Made by a program: the position numbers and the translations under genes. From Patescibacteria group bacterium (GTDB lineage Bacteria; Patescibacteriota; Minisyncoccia; Minisyncoccales; JAHCRE01), in the NCBI GenBank assembly GCA_020148025.1, contig JAHCRH010000001.1, positions 12,652 to 76,651 of the forward strand: a stretch of DNA of 64,000 nt, in the 5' to 3' direction. The notes beneath the pieces are model-generated. The model saw nothing but the letters and a program-made list of their open reading frames with translations, had not been told where the DNA came from and did not search any database. How positions within the stretch are numbered: position 1 is the stretch's first letter; each line of letters starts with the position of its first letter. Shown here piece by piece: positions 27,824 to 37,266 of this stretch.

Positions 27824-28048
27824 TTGGTAGCGGAGAATGAAAATCTACAACGGGAAATGGAAGAAAGGGTGTTACAAATCTTAAAAAAGAATCCCAACAA
27901 ATTGGTTTCTATTAGCGGTTGGGATTTCATCGGCATCGATTGGGAAGTAATTAAGTCCATGGGGAAAAGAGGGCTTATTAAAATCCATCCTTTTCCACAA
28001 GGAAGCGCGATATTCATAGGTTTGAATGAACAAAATCGCCAATTTTAA
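27824..28048 (+). CDS. hypothetical small protein (74 aa)
   Basis: ORF with upstream promoter-like element. Confidence 0.35.
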   Translation: MVAENENLQREMEERVLQILKKNPNKLVSISGWDFIGIDWEVIKSMGKRGLIKIHPFPQGSAIFIGLNEQNRQF

Positions 28049-28073
28049 CTATAATTAAAAAGAGGAGGGAAAG

Positions 28074-28202
28074 ATGGCTAAAGTCTGCTTTTGTGGTGAG
28101 CCCGCACATGCCAAGGGTCTTTGCGAGAAGCATTACCGGCAGAGTTATCGAAGAAGACCTCAAGTAAGAATTCGACAGAGAATCCGGCGAAAATTCCGAT
28201 AG
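28074..28202 (+). CDS. small Cys/His-containing basic peptide (42 aa)
   Basis: strong RBS 'gaggaggg'; 'MAKVCFCGEPAHAKGLCEKHYRQSYRRRPQVRIRQRIRRKFR'; followed by a terminator. Confidence 0.45.
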   Translation: MAKVCFCGEPAHAKGLCEKHYRQSYRRRPQVRIRQRIRRKFR

Positions 28203-28245
28203 CACCTTAAAATAACGCCTTTCAAGGCGTTTATTTTTATTTTAA
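28203..28245. terminator. bidirectional intrinsic terminator
   Basis: 'aacgcctttcaaggcgtt' plus T-run. Confidence 0.6.
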
Positions 28246-30243
28246 CTTTAATTTCTCAACGGCTTCGGATATCATCTGGCAATACAGATTTAGGCCGACT
28301 TGGTTGATGTTTCCTGACTGTTCTCTCCCCAGAATATTTCCAGCTCCTCGAATTTCCAAATCTTTTAAGGCAATCTTATATCCTGATCCCAAAGCTTCAG
28401 CTTCTTTTAAAGCATCTAATCTCATTTTAGCTTTTTCAGAAAGATTCTGGCCATACAAGAAGAAGGCGAAAGCCTGGGCGTGAGATCTGCCAACCCTTCC
28501 TCTTATTTGATATGCCTCAGCTAAACCTAATCTTGTTCCATCAGCAACAATTAAGGTATTAACATTGGGAAAATCAAGACCGTTTTCAATTATAGTTGTT
28601 GCTACTAGCACATCAAGAGTTTTATTCTGGAATTTAGTCATTACTTTTATTAATTCTTTCTCTTTTAATCTGCCATGGGCAATGCCAATCTTTGCCACGG
28701 GGACAAGTTTTCCCAAAAGATTTTTGACTACTCTAATTGTTTCAATTCTGTTGTGTAGATAATATATTTGACCCTCTCTAGAAATTTCGTTTTCAATCGC
28801 CTCTTTAATAACTTTCTCTGACCAGGGTAAAATAAAAGTTTTAACCGGTAATCGGCCTACTGGTGGAGTTTGGATTAAAGAAATTTTCTTCAAAGAAGAT
28901 AGGGCTAAATATAAAGTTCTGGGAATGGGAGTGGCAGAGAGTGAAAGAATATCAAGAGACGAGCGCATTTTTCTTAATTTTTCTTTTTGTTTGACTCCAA
29001 ATCTTTGTTCGTCATCAATAACTAAAATCCCTAAGTTTTTAAATGCCACATCTTTGGATAAAATTCGGTGAGTGCCAATTATGATGTCGATTTTTCCTTC
29101 TCTTAATTCCTTGGTTATTTCCTTCTGCTCTCTTTTTGATTGTAATCTTGAAAGTAAATTGATTTTAACTGGAAGATTTTTTAACCTTTCTTTGAAATTT
29201 TGAAAATGCTGATTGGCTAAAATTGTTGTCGGGCAAATCATTACTGCCTGGAAGCCTGAGCTCACAACCCTTATCATTGTTCTTAAGGCAATTTCAGTTT
29301 TTCCAAAACCGACATCACCACAAATTAATCTATCTATTGGTTGATTTTTTTCTAAATCTTTTTCTATTTCTTCAATTACCTGGAGTTGATCCGGAGTTTC
29401 AGTATATTGAAAACTCGATGCCAGTTGCGAATCAATTTCATTAGAAGGTAAATAGGGAGGACGGCTGGTAAGCTCTCGTTCGGCGTAGATTTCTAAGAGC
29501 TCTTTGGCTAATTTCTCAGCTCCTTCCTTAATTTTTTTCTTTGTTCTCTGCCAAAGAGGACTGCCTAATCTGGAAATTTTTGGCTGAACAAAACCTATGT
29601 ATCTTGATAATTTTCTCTCCAATCCCACCGGAACATATAATTTGTCCCCCTGGGCGTATTCTAGGACATAATATTGTTGTTGATTGCTTGCCCCGTCGCC
29701 GAGCAGCAGCGAGGTGTTTTCGGGGTTAATTGTTAATCGCTGATTATAAATTCCAATGCCATGATCCAAATGAACCAAAAGGTCCCCTGTTTTTAAATGG
29801 CCTAACTGAGAATAAATTTTTTGATATTTTAGTTTTTTCTTTAGTCTTTCTTTTGCCTCTTTTTCATTTTTGAGTTCGATTTTTAATCTCTCAATTTCTA
29901 AAATTTTATTCCCTAAAAATTCAAATCTTAAAGGAAAATTCAAATTTATTGGAAAAACATCAATGATTCCTCCTCTTTGAGAAAATTCACCAATATCTCC
30001 GACATTATAAACTTTTTCATAACCTAGTTCGTCTAATTTTCTTAAAAACTGAGAAAAATGAAAAATTTGATTTCTTTCTAAAATTAAAGTGTTATCTTGC
30101 CACCAACTTTGAGTTTTTCTTATTTTTAAAATTTTTTCAAAATTTTCTTCAAACCAGAGATTACCTCTTTCTAAAAAATAGGGGATGATACTAACGATTA
30201 ATACCTTATTTAGATTTTCTTCTTTTAGCATCTTTAGCCCCAC
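28237..30243 (-). CDS. mfd: transcription-repair coupling factor Mfd, short form of 668 aa
   Basis: 'RGGIIDVFP', SF2 helicase motifs 'GDVGFGKTE', 'DEQRFGV', TRG motif region; lacks much of the canonical N-terminus. Confidence 0.8.
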   Translation of the reverse strand: MGLKMLKEENLNKVLIVSIIPYFLERGNLWFEENFEKILKIRKTQSWWQDNTLILERNQIFHFSQFLRKLDELGYEKVYNVGDIGEFSQRGGIIDVFPINLNFPLRFEFLGNKILEIERLKIELKNEKEAKERLKKKLKYQKIYSQLGHLKTGDLLVHLDHGIGIYNQRLTINPENTSLLLGDGASNQQQYYVLEYAQGDKLYVPVGLERKLSRYIGFVQPKISRLGSPLWQRTKKKIKEGAEKLAKELLEIYAERELTSRPPYLPSNEIDSQLASSFQYTETPDQLQVIEEIEKDLEKNQPIDRLICGDVGFGKTEIALRTMIRVVSSGFQAVMICPTTILANQHFQNFKERLKNLPVKINLLSRLQSKREQKEITKELREGKIDIIIGTHRILSKDVAFKNLGILVIDDEQRFGVKQKEKLRKMRSSLDILSLSATPIPRTLYLALSSLKKISLIQTPPVGRLPVKTFILPWSEKVIKEAIENEISREGQIYYLHNRIETIRVVKNLLGKLVPVAKIGIAHGRLKEKELIKVMTKFQNKTLDVLVATTIIENGLDFPNVNTLIVADGTRLGLAEAYQIRGRVGRSHAQAFAFFLYGQNLSEKAKMRLDALKEAEALGSGYKIALKDLEIRGAGNILGREQSGNINQVGLNLYCQMISEAVEKLKLK

Positions 30244-30267
30244 ACCAATAAGATTGATAGTGGGGTC

Positions 30268-30296
30268 TTGACAAATTAAATTTTATTTTTTATAAT
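30268..30296 (+). promoter_or_regulatory. consensus promoter TTGACA-17-TATAAT
   Basis: 'ttgacaaattaaattttattttttataat'. Confidence 0.65.
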
Positions 30297-30302
30297 ATAA
30301 AT

Positions 30303-30560
30303 TAAGAAAGGTTTTGCCTTGCAGCCTATCTGTGAGTGGCTCCGCCTGTTGAAATTTCTTTGAAATTTTAACAGATGAAAAAAGTAAGGTTATCCCTCCT
30401 GAAAACCTTACAGAGCTCATTAGCTATGGTTGAGGAGCAATCTTCTTTTAATTATAGCGCTCGCCCCGTAGTAAATTTTTACTGTGGGGTGTGAAGCTCG
30501 TGGTGAAATACTTATGTATTTTTACTACGGGGCTCGCAGATAGACTGGAGGGCAGAATTA
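30303..30560 (+). ncRNA. structured RNA or long 5' leader of about 260 nt (6S-like or riboswitch/attenuator-like; unidentified)
   Basis: closing helix 5' 'cctatctgtgag' with 3' 'ctcgcagatag'; three mutually exclusive pairing segments 'gccccgtagtaaa', 'tactgtgggg', 'tttactacggggc'; no terminator before ORF 30709. Confidence 0.4.
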
Positions 30561-30708
30561 GTTATTAGTTGTTAGATTTTAGTTTGTAGTTCTTTTAAAA
30601 TTCAATGGCTCTTATGGGTAGGAACTGGATTGGTAGAATTTCTAATTTCAAATTTCTAATACCTAATAATCTGGTTTCTACTCATAGGAGCAGAAGGAGA
30701 AATGAAGA

Positions 30709-31239
30709 ATGTCTGAAGAAAAAGAGAAGATTCAAGAAAAACTGCGCGAATTGTGGAAAAGTCACAAGAAATATCAGGAAAAATTTCCGGGAGTAAAGAG
30801 AGAAGTGAAGTATATAATGATACCAATGAAAGGACTCTCGCTATTTTGGAAAAGAGGAAGCGACGGAAAGTTAATTAAAACGCCAGCAGTTGGAGGAATA
30901 AAAGAGCAAAATAATTCTTCTCAAGTGGAAATAATGATCGTTATTGCCGAAGAAATACCAAAAAAATTCCAGCGTTACGTTGTATATCATGAATGGGTGG
31001 AAGCAATCAGCGTCAGCGAACGTACTTTAAGAGAAGAAGATTGTCTCGCTAGTCTTTTCCTTCACGCAAGTGCTACAGAAGCAGAAATTGAGTTAGCTAA
31101 GAAGGAGTTATCCAAAGAGGAGTTTAATTCTTATCTTCTATGGCGTCTACGAAAAGAACTAGATAGTCCAATCCTTCGTCGAAAAAGTTCTTTGAAAATA
31201 AAACTTCTCGCACGCTTGGGGCACTTAATAGATCGGTAG
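30709..31239 (+). CDS. hypothetical protein (176 aa)
   Basis: good RBS 'aggaga' 8 nt upstream. Confidence 0.5.
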   Translation: MSEEKEKIQEKLRELWKSHKKYQEKFPGVKREVKYIMIPMKGLSLFWKRGSDGKLIKTPAVGGIKEQNNSSQVEIMIVIAEEIPKKFQRYVVYHEWVEAISVSERTLREEDCLASLFLHASATEAEIELAKKELSKEEFNSYLLWRLRKELDSPILRRKSSLKIKLLARLGHLIDR

Positions 31240-31247
31240 CCCCTTTT

Positions 31248-31847
31248 TTATTTATTAAACTCATTCATTGTCTTTTCGATTCCTTCTATTATCGCCACCT
31301 CAATTGCCTGGCAAGTTCGTTTAATAACTTCTTTTAAAAGTTTCTCCTCTTTTTTAGTAAATTTTTGAAGAAGAAAACTCTCTAGGGTTTTAGGGTCTAG
31401 GGTATAGGGTTTAGGTTTAATTCCGATTCTGAAACGGACAAAGTTTTTTGTTCCCAACTCATCAGTTATTGATTGAATTCCTTTGTGGCCAGCTGCTCCC
31501 CGATTTTTGATAATTTTCATTTTTCCTAAAGGCAGATCGATATCGTCGTGAACAATAATTAGGTTATTAGGGTCTAGGGTATAGGGTTTAGTTAATAATT
31601 TTACTGCTTTTCCGGAATTGTTCATAAAGGTCTGGGGTTTAGCTAAGATAACTTTCTTCTTATCCAATCTACCTTCTGAAATTAAAGAATTGAATTTTTT
31701 AGAAAATCTAAATTTTGGGAATTTCTTTTCCTTTGCAAATTGATTGACAACTCGAAAACCAAGGTTGTGCCGAGTCCTAATATATTTTCTTCCTGGATTG
31801 CCCAGACCAACAATGAGTGTCATATTAACATTTAAACATATTAACAT
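31248..31847 (-). CDS. pth: peptidyl-tRNA hydrolase
   Basis: 'MTLIVGLGNPGRKYIRTRHNLGF', 'IVHDDIDLPLGK'; contains two identical 25-bp copies of a repeat. Confidence 0.9.
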   Translation of the reverse strand: MLICLNVNMTLIVGLGNPGRKYIRTRHNLGFRVVNQFAKEKKFPKFRFSKKFNSLISEGRLDKKKVILAKPQTFMNNSGKAVKLLTKPYTLDPNNLIIVHDDIDLPLGKMKIIKNRGAAGHKGIQSITDELGTKNFVRFRIGIKPKPYTLDPKTLESFLLQKFTKKEEKLLKEVIKRTCQAIEVAIIEGIEKTMNEFNK

Positions 31848-31960
31848 CTAAACATTTTTAATTTATGTTTAGACGTTTACGTATTTATATGAGATCGGTT
31901 AGTTAATTATATCATTCCTCTTGCAGAATAAAAAAACTTTGGTATAATGAGATAAATCTT

Positions 31961-32515
31961 ATGCTAAAGCTGAAAAATTTTTTCATATTCATCTGGGATA
32001 TACTAAAAATTATTTTCCTTGCCTTGGTGATAGTTGTTCCGATCCGCTATTTTTTGTTTCAACCTTTTTTAGTTAAAGGTCAGTCAATGGAACCTACTTT
32101 TCAAAATAGCGATTATCTAATTATTGATGAAATTTCTTACCGATTCAGAGAACCCGAAAGGGGAGAGGTGGTAGTTTTTAAATATCCTCAAAATCCCTCT
32201 CAGCGCTTCATTAAAAGAATCATTGGTTTGCCTGGGGAAACAGTAGAAATAAAGGAGGGTAAAGTAATAATAATCAAAGATGATAAAACTCAAGTATTAG
32301 ATGAATCCAGCTATCTCCCCAAAGCTTTAAAGACTTCCGGCAATCTCCGAATTACCTTGGCTGAAAATGAATTCTTTGTCTTAGGAGATAACCGGAGGCT
32401 TTCAGCTGATTCCAGGAGCTGGGGGCCATTGTTTAGGGAGAATATTATTGGCCGGGTATTCTTCAGAGCCTGGCCAATTACAGCTTTAGCTTTAATTAAA
32501 GAACCAAGTTATTAA
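31961..32515 (+). CDS. lepB: signal peptidase I
   Basis: 'GQSMEPTF', 'RIIGLPGE', 'VLGDNRRLSADSR'. Confidence 0.9.
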   Translation: MLKLKNFFIFIWDILKIIFLALVIVVPIRYFLFQPFLVKGQSMEPTFQNSDYLIIDEISYRFREPERGEVVVFKYPQNPSQRFIKRIIGLPGETVEIKEGKVIIIKDDKTQVLDESSYLPKALKTSGNLRITLAENEFFVLGDNRRLSADSRSWGPLFRENIIGRVFFRAWPITALALIKEPSY

Positions 32516-32587
32516 ATATTAGATGTTAGGTGTTAGATATTGGACAAAATTATCTAAAATCCAGAATCCAATATCTAAAATCCAATT

Positions 32588-33859
32588 ATGACAAGGCCAA
32601 AGTTTCAAGCCCCGACAGGAATGCACGATATTATATTTACCGAGCAAGGCTATTTTAAAAAAATTTATAATATCGTAGAGAATATTGCCAATTTCTATCG
32701 ATTCGAAAAAATTGATACTCCGATTTTGGAGGAGACTGAGTTGTTTTCAAAAGGAATTGGTCTTTCTACTGATATTGTCCAAAAACAGATGTATGGTCTC
32801 CGAACCAAAGGTGGGGATTCCTTGACTTTAAGACCGGAGGGAACGGCTCCAATAGTCAGAGCTTTCATTGAAAAGGGAATGTTTAATCTTCCTCAGCCAG
32901 TGAAACTTTGGTATTCTGGTCCCTTTTTTCGCTATGAACGTCCTCAAGCTGGTAGATATCGCCAATTTCATCAATTTGGATTTGAAGTTTTGGGAGAAAG
33001 GAACCCGATAATTGATGCTCAGATTATTCAAATTTTTTTCCAAATTTTAAAAAGTCTCAAATTGAAAAATTTAATCATTGAAGTAAATAGCATTGGAGAT
33101 TCTCAGTGTAGGCCTTATTATAAAAAACTTTTAACAAGCTATTTTAGATCAAGAGAGTCCAGTTTATGTGCTAATTGCCGGAGAAGGTTAAGAGAGAATC
33201 CTTTAAGAATTTTAGACTGTAAAGAAGAGAAATGTCAGCCAATTAAAGCTCAGGCCCCTCAGCTAATTGATCATCTTTGCAAGGAATGTCATTGGCATTT
33301 TAAGGAAGTTTTGGAGTTTCTAGATGAGCTAGAGATCCCCTATCAATTAAATCCCTATTTAGTTCGAGGATTAGATTATTATACTAAAACGGTCTTCGAG
33401 ATTTTCGAAGATACTGAAGAAGGTCGAAAACAGGGAGCATTAGTTGGGGGAGGGAGATATGATGCTTTAGTTAAACTTTTGGGTAGAAAAGATGTTCCTG
33501 CCTGTGGCGGATCGGCTGGAATTGAAAGAATTGTAAATTTAATGAAGGGAAAAAAAATAAGACTTCGTTCATTTCCTAAACCTAAAATATTTTTAGCTCA
33601 GATTGGTAATTTGGCCAAACGTAAGAGTTTAAAAATTATTGAAGAGTTTAGAAAAGCGAAAATTGAAGTTGCTGAATCTTTTGGCCGAGATTCTTTAAGG
33701 GCTCAATTAAACAGAGCCAATCGAATAGGAGTAAAATTTACCCTAATTTTAGGACAAAAGGAGGCTTTGGAAGGAACGATAATGGTTCGAAATATGAAGA
33801 CTGGAAGCCAGAAAATAGTAAAGTTAGATAAAATAGTTAAGGTGATGAAAAAAGGCTGA
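32588..33859 (+). CDS. hisS: histidine--tRNA ligase
   Basis: class II motifs, 'GMHDI', 'GGGRYD'. Confidence 0.9.
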   Translation: MTRPKFQAPTGMHDIIFTEQGYFKKIYNIVENIANFYRFEKIDTPILEETELFSKGIGLSTDIVQKQMYGLRTKGGDSLTLRPEGTAPIVRAFIEKGMFNLPQPVKLWYSGPFFRYERPQAGRYRQFHQFGFEVLGERNPIIDAQIIQIFFQILKSLKLKNLIIEVNSIGDSQCRPYYKKLLTSYFRSRESSLCANCRRRLRENPLRILDCKEEKCQPIKAQAPQLIDHLCKECHWHFKEVLEFLDELEIPYQLNPYLVRGLDYYTKTVFEIFEDTEEGRKQGALVGGGRYDALVKLLGRKDVPACGGSAGIERIVNLMKGKKIRLRSFPKPKIFLAQIGNLAKRKSLKIIEEFRKAKIEVAESFGRDSLRAQLNRANRIGVKFTLILGQKEALEGTIMVRNMKTGSQKIVKLDKIVKVMKKG

Positions 33860-33924
33860 AGAAAAGTTAATTTTAACATGCTAACATCCTAACATTTTAA
33901 CAAAAACAAACTCTCAATGTTTAA

Positions 33925-34284
33925 ATGTTAATATGTTTAAATGTTTTGATGATGGCCGATTGCCTATTTTGCAAAATTATCAAGAAAAAACTTCCCTCAG
34001 ATATTGTCTATGAGTCAGATTCGGTTATTGCTTTTAAGGATATTAATCCTAAGGCCCCGGTACATCTTTTAATTTTGCCAAAGGAACATATTCCTTCGGT
34101 GAATCATTTAAAAAAAGAAGACAGAGAATTAATGGGGGAATTAATACTTGTGGCTCAGAAAATCGCTAAAGAGAAAAAATTAAAAGGATACAAATTAATA
34201 ATTAATGTCGGTCGAGGAGGTGGTCAGCTAATTGACCATTTACATTTACATTTACTGAGTGGAAAACTATTAGAATTACCTTAA
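33925..34284 (+). CDS. HIT-family protein (HinT-like)
   Basis: histidine triad 'HLHLHLL'; start probably at internal Met 'MADCLFCKI' near 33952. Confidence 0.85.
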   Translation: MLICLNVLMMADCLFCKIIKKKLPSDIVYESDSVIAFKDINPKAPVHLLILPKEHIPSVNHLKKEDRELMGELILVAQKIAKEKKLKGYKLIINVGRGGGQLIDHLHLHLLSGKLLELP

Positions 34285-34297
34285 CAATTTTAAATTT

Positions 34298-34534
34298 ATG
34301 GCTTTAAAAATTCATCGTAGAGGAAAAGAAAGCTCTCACAGTTTAGTTCGCCGCTTCACAAAGGGTATAAAAGAAAGCGGGATTTTGGTTCGGAAAAGAA
34401 AAATAAGATTTAAACGAAGAAGAAAATCTGGGGAAGCCAAAAAAAGAGCAGCCCTTAGAAGAGAAGAATTAAAAAAAGAATACGAGAGATTGAGAAAATT
34501 AGGAAAACTTAAAAATAAGCGTTCGAGAAGCTAA
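34298..34534 (+). CDS. rpsU: small basic protein, probable ribosomal protein S21
   Basis: 'LVRRFTKGIKESGILVRKRKIRFKRRRK...KKRAALRRE' resembles the S21 pattern. Confidence 0.45.
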   Translation: MALKIHRRGKESSHSLVRRFTKGIKESGILVRKRKIRFKRRRKSGEAKKRAALRREELKKEYERLRKLGKLKNKRSRS

Positions 34535-34535
34535 T

Positions 34536-34695
34536 TTTTAGGAGAAGCGCTCGGCAACTAAATTTTCAAAGTATCGGCTATCCGAATCCCAGCGAGATTC
34601 GGTATCCTGCGTTCTCGGCCCGTTGTCCGCCAGAGGCAGAACCATGCCAACAGGCCTCCGAAAGCTACTTTGAAAATTGTTGCCTCACTCTAGGT
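34536..34695. repeat. GC-rich MITE-like element, family C, with terminal inverted repeats
   Basis: TIRs 'gcaactaaattttcaaagta' / 'tactttgaaaattgttgc'; core 'gaaccatgcc...ggcctccgaa' shared with 39645-39800. Confidence 0.55.
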
Positions 34696-34735
34696 TCCAT
34701 CCTAAAAATTACTTTCCTCGCTTTAACGACAAGAA

Positions 34736-35266
34736 ATGACCCTAAAAGAAAAAATTCAAGAAGATTTTAAAAAAATCTTAAAGGAGAAAAAAGAAATTGA
34801 AATTTCAACTTTAAGGATGTTAAATGCTGCTATCTTAAATCGGGAGAAAGAAAAGAGATATAAATTAAGCAAGGAAAAACCAGATTTAAAAGAAAAAGAT
34901 TTAGAAAAAGAGAGTCAACTCATAGATGAAGAGACAATCGAGGTAATCTTTTCTGAAGTAAAAAAAAGAAAAGAGGCAATAGTAGAATTTGAAAAAGGCA
35001 AAAGACTACAACCCCCCCTCCACCCTACAAGGAAAAAACATATATCGGACTTGGTAGAAAAGGAAAAAAAAGAAATGGAAATTTTAAAGAAATATTTACC
35101 AGAGCTTCTTTCAGAAGAAGAGATTAAGAAATTGGCAAAAGAAGTAATTGAGAAATTTGGAGCTAAAGATTTCGGCAGGGTAATGGGTCAATTAATGCCC
35201 AAAGTTAAAGGCAAGGCAGAAGGAGGTACGGTTAGCAAGGTTGTTAAAGAGTTATTAGGCTCTTAA
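34736..35266 (+). CDS. GatB/YqeY domain protein
   Basis: 'LRMLNAAI...', C-terminal 'GQLMPKVKGKAEGGTVSKVVKELL'; carries a C-rich in-frame insertion 'QPPLHPTRKK'. Confidence 0.75.
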   Translation: MTLKEKIQEDFKKILKEKKEIEISTLRMLNAAILNREKEKRYKLSKEKPDLKEKDLEKESQLIDEETIEVIFSEVKKRKEAIVEFEKGKRLQPPLHPTRKKHISDLVEKEKKEMEILKKYLPELLSEEEIKKLAKEVIEKFGAKDFGRVMGQLMPKVKGKAEGGTVSKVVKELLGS

Positions 35267-35322
35267 TCGAAATATATTAAATAGTTAAATTTGCTATTGC
35301 GAGAAAAGTTTTTAAATATATT

Positions 35323-35763
35323 ATGATTGAAATTAATAATTTAACTACCAATCCGATTGACGGAAATTTTTTAAAGAAAGTTGCCCAAAAAGTTTTGAAA
35401 GATGAAAGAAAGGAAAAATCAGAATTATCTATTGCTTTAATTGGTCAAGGAAGAATGAGGAAGTTGAATAAGAGATATCGGGGGAAAAATCGAGTGACCG
35501 ATGTCCTCGCTTTTGGGCAAAATCAAAAATCAAAATTTGTTATTCCTCCTGGCAAAAAATCAGGACTTGGTGAAGTAGTTATCTGTTCAAGAGAAGTGAA
35601 AAAAAATGCTCAGAGATTTGGATCAACTTTTGAAAGAGAATTAGCTGCCTGTTTAATCCATGGAATTTTGCATCTTTTAAGATATAACCATGAAAAATCT
35701 GAAAAAGCGGCTAAAGAAATGGAGGAAAAACAAAATTATTATCTAAGTAAATTCGAGTTTTAA
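35323..35763 (+). CDS. ybeY: rRNA maturation RNase YbeY
   Basis: 'HGILHLLRYNHE' metal-binding motif. Confidence 0.9.
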   Translation: MIEINNLTTNPIDGNFLKKVAQKVLKDERKEKSELSIALIGQGRMRKLNKRYRGKNRVTDVLAFGQNQKSKFVIPPGKKSGLGEVVICSREVKKNAQRFGSTFERELAACLIHGILHLLRYNHEKSEKAAKEMEEKQNYYLSKFEF

Positions 35764-35766
35764 TTT

Positions 35767-36969
35767 ATGGCTCGGATCATAACCGGTTTAGATATTGGAA
35801 CAAGAACTATAAAAACTTTGATCTGCCAAAAAAAATCAAGTGAATTGGATCTTGAGGTTTTGGGTCAGAGTAAAGAAATTTCCTCTGGTGTAAGAAAAGG
35901 AGTAGTGATTAATATTGGAGAGGTTGCTGAGATTATTAAATCTTCTATTGATAAAACTCAAGAAATTTCTAATAAAAAAATTAAATCAGTTTTTGTTAAT
36001 GTTGGGGGAGCTCATATTTTTTCTACCACTTCTCACGGTCTAATCTCAGTCTCGCGAGCCGATCAGAAAATATCTCAGGAAGATATTGAGAGGGTACTTC
36101 AGGCCGCTCAGACTTTTTCTCTTCCTTCAAATAAAGAAATTTTGTCAGTTTTCCCCAAGGAATTCACCCTTGATAACGAGAAAGGGATAAAAGAACCTTT
36201 AGGAATGAAAGGAGTAAGGTTGGAGGTAGGAGTTTTAGTTCTCGGAGGTTTTTCTCCTTATTTAAAAAATTTGACTCAGGCTGTTTTAGATGCCGGTGTC
36301 CAAATTGATGATTTGATTTTAACTCCCTTAGCTAGTTCGAGAGCAGTCTTGACTCCCCGAGAAAAAGAATTAGGGGTGGCTCTTTTGGATATTGGGGCAG
36401 GAACTACTGGGTTAGCTGTATTTGAAGAAGGTGATTTAATTCAGACAACCATTTTGCCAATTGGTTCAGCTCATATTACCAATGATATTGCTATTGGTCT
36501 TAGATGTGATATTGATACGGCTGAAAAAATAAAATTAGAATCAGGTGCTTGCATTTTCAAAGGGGTTGATAAAAAGAAAAAAATTGAGACCATTTCTGGA
36601 GAGATCTTGATTTTTTCTCAGAAGATGTTAAGTCGAGTTATTGAAGCTAGAGTTTCTGAAATTTTTGAAGAGATAAACAAAGAATTGAAAAAAATTTCCC
36701 GTCGAGCTTTACTTCCCGGAGGCACAGTTTTAACTGGTGGGGGAGCAAAGTTGCCAAAGATTAAAGATTTAGCTAAAAAAGAATTAAGGTTGCCTTGTCG
36801 AATTGGAGTTCCTCAGGGTTTTTCTTCTCCTTTGGAAGATCCAGAACTATCAACTGTTTGTGGTTTAGTTCTTTTGGGAGCCGATCTTGAGACTGAAAGA
36901 ACTTTTCCTGCTTTTGGGAAAGAAATTACTTCTCGATTAAAAAAGATATTTAAAATTTTTTTACCTTAA
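35767..36969 (+). CDS. ftsA: cell division protein FtsA
   Basis: 'ITGLDIGTRTIKTLI', actin-fold ATPase, 400 aa. Confidence 0.8.
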   Translation: MARIITGLDIGTRTIKTLICQKKSSELDLEVLGQSKEISSGVRKGVVINIGEVAEIIKSSIDKTQEISNKKIKSVFVNVGGAHIFSTTSHGLISVSRADQKISQEDIERVLQAAQTFSLPSNKEILSVFPKEFTLDNEKGIKEPLGMKGVRLEVGVLVLGGFSPYLKNLTQAVLDAGVQIDDLILTPLASSRAVLTPREKELGVALLDIGAGTTGLAVFEEGDLIQTTILPIGSAHITNDIAIGLRCDIDTAEKIKLESGACIFKGVDKKKKIETISGEILIFSQKMLSRVIEARVSEIFEEINKELKKISRRALLPGGTVLTGGGAKLPKIKDLAKKELRLPCRIGVPQGFSSPLEDPELSTVCGLVLLGADLETERTFPAFGKEITSRLKKIFKIFLP

Positions 36970-37015
36970 ATATCTTTATCTTTTTTAAAATAAATGTTAG
37001 AATAGGTTTGAATTA

Positions 37016-37070
37016 TTGACACTTCGGCGGCCTCAGTGTCAACCCTGAGCGAAGCCGAATGGGTTGACTT
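37016..37070 (+). repeat. GC-rich palindromic element, family B copy
   Basis: 'ttgacacttcggcggcctcagtgtcaaccctgagcgaagccgaatgggttgac'; homologous copies at 41050-41110 (reverse) and 61372-61450. Confidence 0.55.
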
Positions 37071-37266
37071 TCGAGGAATAAAATTCTAAAATGATTAAAT
37101 ATTATCTGTAAAAGGTTGACTATCTTTTTAATTTTAATAAAATAAGAATATAACACTTTAAACTTGAATTATGAATTGAGAATTATGAATTAGGAATACA
37201 TCGCCTCTGGGCGTTATAGCTTTAACGATTCATTATTCTTGATTCATTATTCATAATTCTAAATTT

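Noticed and set aside
30605-30796. 63-aa ORF upstream of and overlapping the ORF 30709 start
   Set aside because: Arg/Lys-rich, out of frame with the well-supported downstream ORF (RBS at 30709), and located in the leader region.
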